A stretch of 64,000 bases of DNA. Source: Eledone cirrhosa (lineage: Eukaryota). Shown one piece after another: positions 56,275-64,000 of the stretch (position 1 is its first letter; every line of letters begins with the position of its first letter). Under the pieces are notes generated by a model. That model did not search any database, had not been told where the DNA came from, and saw only the letters and a program-made list of their open reading frames with translations. The stretch is from the NCBI GenBank assembly GCA_964016885.1, contig OZ024745.1, positions 92,194,001 to 92,258,000 on the forward strand, given 5' to 3'. A program made the translations under genes and the position numbers.

Positions 56275-56555
56275 TGCAATTGAAAGGTTGTGATGCGTTG
56301 TGTCCTTGAGCAAGACACTTTATTTCACGTTGCTCCAGTTTACTCACCTGTAGAAATGAGTTGTGACGTCATTGGTGCCAAGCTGTATCGGCCTTTGCCT
56401 TTCCCTTAGACAACATTGGTGGCATGGAGAGGGGAGTCTGGTATGTATGGGTGACTGCTAGTTTTCAACAAACAAACTTGCCCGGACTTGTGCCGCGGAG
56501 AGAAACTTTCTAGGCGAAAATCACATGGTCATTTGTGACTGAAGGAGGTCTTTGA
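56275..56555 (+). mobile_element. SINE family 1 variant lacking the B-box segment
   Basis: GGTTGTGATGCGTTGTGTCCTTGAGCAAGACACTTTATTTCACG; same deletion as 51385-51510 (-). Confidence 0.7.
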
Positions 56556-56942
56556 TATATATAGAGAGAGGAACTGCGGAGACCACTAATCATGGGAGTA
56601 CTCAATGTGTGTGTGTGTGTGTGTGTATGGTATATATGTAAATGTAACAACTGACGATAGATTAGGCTGAGCACTGTACACAATAATTTCATTATTATTA
56701 TTATTTTAAGATTCAAGTCATCCGGTGGCCTTAAGAAACATTATAAAATCCACAGAACTAGGTATGATTCGGAAGAGATAACTTGTAAACTCAACTGCAA
56801 AATTTGCCAAAAGACCATTCATTCATAATCAGGGATATAAGAGCCACTTACGAGCTCACAAGTTGAAATATATTTACTTTGCACAACCAGGAAGAGTCTT
56901 GCTCGTTCATCGGGTGACGGCCATGTGTGTGTGTGTATATAT

Positions 56943-57250
56943 ATATTGTTATATTTGGGGAGGGTCATATTGTTATATTGCCAGAAATAATAACAGAACA
57001 CACTCACTATTTGGTTTGGGTTGGTTTTCGCTTCTCTATCTTTTATATCTCCATAGTTAATTTATCTGGGAATCAATATTTATCATTGATTGACCAACGG
57101 TTAAAAATACACATATAAATATATATATATATAGTCTATCAAAGTTCTTTCGTCACACATCTGCGACATCATCAGTGGTACTACTATGTTTCCTCCCATT
57201 GTATTGTAATGCCTACACCATTTTTATTTAATTAATTTATTTATTTATTC
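56943..57250 (-). mobile_element. Diverged solo 3' end of the same Penelope family, with a hammerhead (57139-57178)
   Basis: Homologous to 51633-51930; core CTGATGA-t-GTCGCA gatg TGTGAC-GAAA. Confidence 0.8.
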
Positions 57251-57273
57251 TCGTCTCTGTCTCTCTCTCTCTA

Positions 57274-57324
<51 letters not shown>

Positions 57325-57380
57325 AGGGAGTGGAACGTGAAGTTACTGTAGGTTCACCCAGGTGTCATTACCACACCAGA

Positions 57381-57465
57381 GGTCCGACGAGCTTTTGATT
57401 CCAGAGTCGGGCCAGATCGATACAGATCGAACCTTGAGCTGATTAATAGCGAAACGCGCGTCACC
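57381..57465 (+). ncRNA. Hammerhead-like motif with long stem II and a U4C change
   Basis: GGT-CCGACGA-GCT...AGC-GAAA-C GCGC GTC-ACC. Confidence 0.65.
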
Positions 57466-57504
57466 AATCAATAAACGTAATGAAGACATAACAAATCGTC
57501 TTTG

Positions 57505-57538
<34 letters not shown>

Positions 57539-57727
57539 ATAATAATAAATGTGAAGACTAAAATCCACGGAGGGCTCGATAAGGATAAATATATATCAAA
57601 AATATAAGAACCCTAGAGCAAATATTTATTAAAATAACAGATTAAAGTTTAAGCAAAGAATCGCTGCTTTCATCCTCAACGGAAAGCAGCGATTCTTCGC
57701 TTAAACTTTAATCTGTTATTTTAATAA

Positions 57728-57782
<55 letters not shown>

Positions 57783-57786
<4 letters not shown>

Positions 57787-58003
57787 CAGTCGATCGACTT
57801 TCGTCAGATCGGACCAAGGAAACAATGTTTCCGTTGGTCTTTCCAATTGCTAATACAATCTATCGGTCGCAACTCCAGGTAGAAGGAGCAACGTGAAATA
57901 AAGTGTCTTGCTTAAGGACATAACGCATAGCATCGTCCAGGAATCGAACTCACAACCTCACGATTGCGAATCCAATTCTCTTACCACTCAGCTACGCGCC
58001 TTC
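57783..58003 (-). mobile_element. tRNA-derived SINE family 1
   Basis: A/B boxes and family body. Confidence 0.82.
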
Positions 58004-58313
58004 AATAGTATATATATAAATGTAGTCTGAGTTTTTCGAATATTAATAATAATATTCGATTCGTTTGCAATTTTGCAAACAAGCCTCAATTTTATAGCCA
58101 TGTCAGTAGAATGAACACTTCATTCTTGCTCTTGTGTTAGCATGTGAACAGAACTGCAGACACTAATGTTTCTTCATCAGTACAGCTCACTGTTCACCTG
58201 CCAAACTGTCAGAGCTAGTGAAAATATATGCTATTTTCAAAAATACACATATATGTTGATTTAAAACTGCACTATTCACAAGTGTGTTTTAACCTTCATA
58301 TCATGTCTCCCTA

Positions 58314-58380
58314 TTTTATCTGACGAAAACGCAAATGTCATCGCATGATGATATTTGTTTTTGAAATGCGCATAATAAAA
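58314..58380 (+). ncRNA. Type I hammerhead ribozyme, same family as 22837
   Basis: TTTTAT-CTGACGA-AAAc..CAAATGTCATC..GATGATATTTG..TTT-GAAA-T GCGC ATA-ATAAAA. Confidence 0.82.
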
Positions 58381-58466
58381 TACATGGAACTCTTTCCTAC
58401 AAACTGTAGAGTGCTACTTATCCGATATCTGCATTGCTTTATTGTACTACAATAAAACTCACCTCC

Positions 58467-58599
<133 letters not shown>

Positions 58600-58969
58600 G
58601 TATATATATATGTATGTATATATATATAAATCTATATATTCGTACATGTATACAGTATGACCTTAGTCGCAAACCACAGAACATACACACATAAATAGTA
58701 AGTCTATGTACAGGCTCATATATAAAGTAGATTCCAGACAAATGCAAATGTTCTGAAGAGATTCACTAAATATTTTTCTTCCTTTTTCCCATAAGACAGT
58801 GTTATCTATATAAAAGGAAACATACTTTCCTTCTATATTTGTCGCAATATTAGTTGCAATATCTGAATGCGCATGCGTTCAGACTCCTTTAAACTTCCTG
58901 CTTATAAGGTCAGACATTTTGTTGTATACTTAAGATCTAATCCCTTGCTGCAGAAGACAATCCTCTTTC

Positions 58970-59083
<114 letters not shown>

Positions 59084-59105
59084 AGTATACATATATATGT
59101 GTGTG

Positions 59106-59153
<48 letters not shown>

Positions 59154-59255
59154 TATATATATATATATACATATATGTATATACATATATATATACATAC
59201 ATATACATATATATATATATATATATGCATATATATATATATGTGTGTATGCGTG

Positions 59256-59308
<53 letters not shown>

Positions 59309-59874
59309 TTGTCTGTGTGTGTGTGTGTGTGTGGGCGCGTGTGTGTGTATGCGAGTACATGCCTGTGTGTGTATGCGAGTATGTGTATGTGGTTTGGATT
59401 TCGTTATTCTATCTATCTATCTATCTGTCTCATAACCCTTCATCTCAGAAATACACACACACACACACGCGCGCGTGCACACACACACATATGCATTTAG
59501 ATAGAGAGAGACATGATCCCGTTGGTTATTTACACGATAAACACACCCATTTACATTCTGTAAACTATTTGATGATAGGAAAAAAAGAGCCCCATCCGTA
59601 TAAACTCTGTCAAAGTAAGGGTTGGGAGTACTCATCAGATGTATTAAAGTCATTACAAGCTCCCTAGTACCGGTGCCACGATAAAATGTACTCGGTGGAG
59701 GGCGGCACCGTACAACATGTATCTGTAAGAAAGATGCACGCCCTCGGCCCATCTCAGGTCAGTAGCTCCGCTTGAGAACTGACACTGTTTATGAAGACTC
59801 GGCTAACCCATGTTAGCCAGAAAGACGGATGTTAAATGATAATGACGATACACACACACGCTCACACACACACA

Positions 59875-59933
<59 letters not shown>

Positions 59934-60239
59934 TACAAAAAACGAAAAATCAATGATGCATCTGGACTCAGTCCAGATGCATCACTGATTTTTTGTTTTT
60001 TTATACTATTCACACTCTGCTCTGTAAGAATATTGAGTGCTAATTTTGGCACACCGCCTATGGAAGCACCATAGCTACCATTATACACACGTATATATAT
60101 ATATATATATAGGAAAAGAGTCAGGACCCCGACGGCAGAGCTTAAGCCGTTTCGACGGCTAATTCTGGACTCTACTACCCAAAGTATCGAGTACTCTAGT
60201 GCGTTATGGTCCCCCTAGTTCCTTACCACATTCCCTTCG

Positions 60240-60325
<86 letters not shown>

Positions 60326-60367
60326 GAAAGTAAAACAAAGAAGCCTTCAATACATCAAAAGTCTTTA

Positions 60368-60411
60368 TTAGCCAACAATGTTTCGTCTTATTAAGGACTC
60401 ATCAGGGCAAT
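60368..60411 (-). ncRNA. Type I hammerhead ribozyme inside an element with inverted ends (60323-60377 / 60797-60852)
   Basis: GCC-CTGATGA-GTC cttaataa GAC-GAAA-C ATT GTT-GGC. Confidence 0.8.
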
Positions 60412-60954
60412 TAAAACAACAAGAAGTATTATCGGCCAATACAAGCCAGAAACTCCGAAGAATATGGAGTGTACATACACTAAAGTATTGCAAGATTATG
60501 GGTAAAAATATATAATAAAAATCACTAAGGAGGTGTATAACATTTAGAACCATATTACAAATATAGTCCAAAGCAAAAAAAAAGCCTAGAGCTAAACAAA
60601 GGTGGTTATATAGAGCAGGAATTATATATAATACAATATAATATAATATAATATACTTTTACCAATATTAAAGTTACAATAAAAATCAAAAGGTACAATA
60701 TACATATGTATATATGTACGCACACGTACGCACACATACACATACATCAATACACATATCCATCTTCAACAGCACAAATTAAACCTTATTAAGAGTTTGT
60801 TGGCTAATAAAGACTTTTGATGTATTGAAGGCTTCTTTGTTTTACTTTCATAATTCTTCGGCTCTGTTTAATCACATTGAGCTATACCTTTTACTGTCAT
60901 TTATATAATACGAAGAGGGTGTTTAACTCCAACACGCTCCAGTATTTTAACCCT

Positions 60955-61056
<102 letters not shown>

Positions 61057-61393
61057 GGAGTATGTGTATGTATGTGAGTGTGCGTATATGTGTGTGTGTG
61101 TGTAAACAGCTTAGGTAGCTGACATAAAGAAGTGAAATAGATTTGATTGTAATCAAACCATAACACTATAAATAATTGTTTCTACTTTTGGCACTAGGCC
61201 AGCAATTACCCAGTGCATTACTGGTACTTTATTTTATCGACCCCGTAAGGATGAGAAGCAAAGTTAACCTCGGCGGGATTTGAACTCAAATTGCAAAGGG
61301 CTATAAATCTATGCTGTGCAAAGCATGATGTCTGACCCTCTACTGCCAATCCTCCGCCACTAATTTCAACAATAATTGTTTCTTGGTCAGATT

Positions 61394-62634
61394 TATCGTG
61401 TATACTCGAATATATGTCGATCCGAATATAAATCGACGCCCTATTTTTTGTCTGTGAAATGGGGAAGAATCCTAAACCCCGTGTATAAGTTCAGGTAGCT
61501 AATCAACATATTATATTTAAATGGTGTGGTTTGGAAATTCTGATGAGTGGAGAAAATATTTATAAAGTTTTAATATTTTGATATTTAAAATGTTTTAAGT
61601 GTCGTTTAGAGTATAATTTATGTTTCACAATTCCATTATGTAATGATTTCTTTTACCAATTTCCGACCGTTTTGAAGGCCATATTCATACAAAACATATC
61701 AAAAACGAATTTCACCTTCAAAATCATGTAATATTCACCTCCAAAGTGAAACCAGTGTAATATTCACCTCCAAAGTGAAACAGGTGTAATATTCACCTCC
61801 AAAGTGAAACAGGTGTAATATTCACCTCCAAAGTGAAACCAGTGTAATATTCACCCCCAAAGTGAAACCGGTGTAATATTCACCTCCAAAATGAAACCAG
61901 TGTAATATCCACCTCCAAAATGAAACCAGTGTAATATTTACCTCAAAAATGAAACCAGTAATATTCACCCCCAAATGAAACCAGTGTAATATCCACCTCC
62001 AAAATGAAACCAGTGTAATATTTACCTCAAAAATGAAACCAGTAATATTCACCCCCAAAGTGAAACCAGTGTAATATCCACCTCCAAAATGAAACCAGTG
62101 TAATATCCACCTCCAAAATGAAACCAGTGTAATATTTACCTCAAAAATGAAACCAGTAATATTCACCCCCAAATGAAACCAGTGTAATATCCACCTCCAA
62201 AATGAAACCAGTGTAATATTTACCTCAAAAATGAAACCAGTAATATTCACCCCCAAATGAAACCAGTGTAATATCCACCTCCAAAATGAAACCAGTGTAA
62301 TATTTACCTCAAAAATGAAACCAGTAATATTCACCCCCAAAGTGAAACCAGTGTAATATTCACCTCCAAAGTGAAACCAGTGTAATATTCACCACCAAAG
62401 TGAAACCAGTGTAATATTCACCGCCAAAGTGAAACCAGTGTAATATTCACCTCCAAAGTGAAACCAGTGTAATATTCACCTCCAAAGTGAAAATATTTTA
62501 GCCCCTCATTTACGTAGAATTTTGAAGTTAGTGAAAATCGGCAAAATATTGACCTCGAATATAAGCCAACCCACATTTTACCATCGATTTTTTTGTCACA
62601 TATTTCTCAGATTATAGACAAGTATATAAAGGTA
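61394..62634. mobile_element. Decayed pogo/Tigger-like non-autonomous DNA transposon
   Basis: Degenerate TIRs TATCGTGTATACTCGAATATA.. and ..TTATAGACAAGTATATAAAGGTA, with subterminal CGAATATAAG motifs. Confidence 0.5.
61725..62493. repeat. 29-bp minisatellite AAGTGAAACCAGTGTAATATTCACCTCCA with an ~84-bp higher-order unit
   Basis: Direct reading; 28-aa periodicity in ORF 61822-62340. Confidence 0.92.
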
Positions 62635-63044
62635 TATAAACTAGTTCTACAGTGAGACTGGTAAACCCAATGTTTATATATGGAATGGATCGCCTGAAAC
62701 TGCCACTAGTTCTACGACACAAAACTACTTATTTTGAACTGTTTATATTTAACTAAAATTCTTCCATCATAATTTTATGTAAGAACTTTTGTTAAGTTAT
62801 GTTCCAAACCCAGATTAATAATGAGAAAGTTAGTTGTATTAATAAATATCTCCAAATACCAGATTATTTTCAAAATTATTTGAAAATCATAGACAGTGTC
62901 TTTCAATAGAAATATGATGACGAAAGTGTAAGCATTGCGAGTTTAAGAAATATAATCAAGCTTATAGTGCTGTTGCTGTTTACAACATTCAGCTTCTTAT
63001 CGTGTCCACGAGAGTGTCAGTTACAGGGTTGGGCTAGATGTGGT

Positions 63045-63430
63045 TCCGTCACAGCTGAACATATTGCTATCCTTTTTCATTAAACTCTGCCAAGTCTAAT
63101 GCTGTGCGGGGGTGTTCCAGCAGGGGGTTTATCAGGAGGTGTTGCGTAGTCTGTAGTTCAATGCCGCAGTCGCACACAACGTCCCCATCTTTTAAATATC
63201 CCCATTTACCAGATTGACTTTTGCACGACCAACACCAGATCTTAATCTGTTGAGCATTTCTACACTGTATAGTTTGTATCTGCTCCCGGGGGCAGTACCT
63301 CGCTCGCCTTTCGCTTCATTGTTATTACAGATGGGAGGTTGTTAAGTTTCTCTTCCCAGCGAGTGACTCTTTCACTATTTATGCTTGATGTTCCAAAGGG
63401 TGTGACGCTCTAAACATTCAGCTATAAGTC
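63045..63430 (-). pseudogene. Decayed RTEX-like LINE 3' fragment
   Basis: Minus strand RSGVGRAKVNLV..GYLKDGDVVCDCGIELQTTQHLL. Confidence 0.65.
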
Positions 63431-64000
63431 AGAGATTTAAATGTCTCTCAGATTAAAATTTGAAACCGTCTGCTGTCAAAGTTTCTAAAAACCCACGATA
63501 AAAAAAGAACACTTTAAGCTTTAAGACCTAAACAGTAATTCAATATGTTACATAATTATAAATTTGAAAAATTAAATATTCCTTGCCTTTCTCAGCACAT
63601 ATGAGCCTCCGTATGTTCTTATACACATGTAATTCAGTCAGGGTACTAAAATGGTACCTCACCTCTGCTCTACGATGTCTATAGACCTGTTAGACATCTA
63701 CAGTCTTAAAAAGGAAAGGATATATCGGATTATGTAGTCTTAGAAACCAGTATTGGTCATTAAGGCAATATGTTTTTCTAAATACCACAAGTGTAATTTT
63801 AATTAATTAAACATGTTTAGCTCATGTTAGCATAGACTAGACTAACAGCTACGCTGAGGTCAACTTTGCCTTTCATCCTAAAAGAGTCGTTAAAATAAAG
63901 TGCCAGTCAAGTACTGGAGCTGATTCAATCGACTTTATCATTCCCAAAATTGCTGACCTTGAGCCTAAATTAGGAACCAAGGTCGGTGGATTGGTAGACT

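Noticed and set aside
58160-58185. Minus-strand CTGATGAAGAAAC as a hammerhead
   Set aside because: No stem II between the core boxes
61725-62493. CRISPR-like 29-bp repeat containing GTGAAAC
   Set aside because: No spacers; simple tandem minisatellite in eukaryotic context

Overview
AT-rich, microsatellite-saturated animal genomic DNA. The SINE families and repeat make-up resemble a coleoid cephalopod such as Octopus (inference). No host protein-coding gene, rRNA, true tRNA or CRISPR array is supported; nearly all short ORFs in the track are microsatellite translations. Contents: (1) a 13.4 kb head-to-tail stack of decayed L1/Tx1-type LINEs on the minus strand, bounded by (AAT)n tracts (1229-14606); (2) a 3.3 kb 26-bp satellite; (3) fragments of CRE-like, RTE and RTEX LINEs, a Chapaev3-like transposon, MITEs and two abundant SINE families; (4) a young Penelope-like element (RT + GIY-YIG) with 1.35 kb near-identical inverted arms, each carrying a hammerhead ribozyme. 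The most striking observation is that about 15 type I hammerhead ribozyme motifs from many different sequence families sit in short non-coding inserts in (TA)n tracts between 21 and 61 kb. These inserts are fold-back or partial-tandem, and the ribozymes show stem covariation and U3-A8 core covariation. All motif and fold calls were made by eye and need computational and biochemical confirmation.
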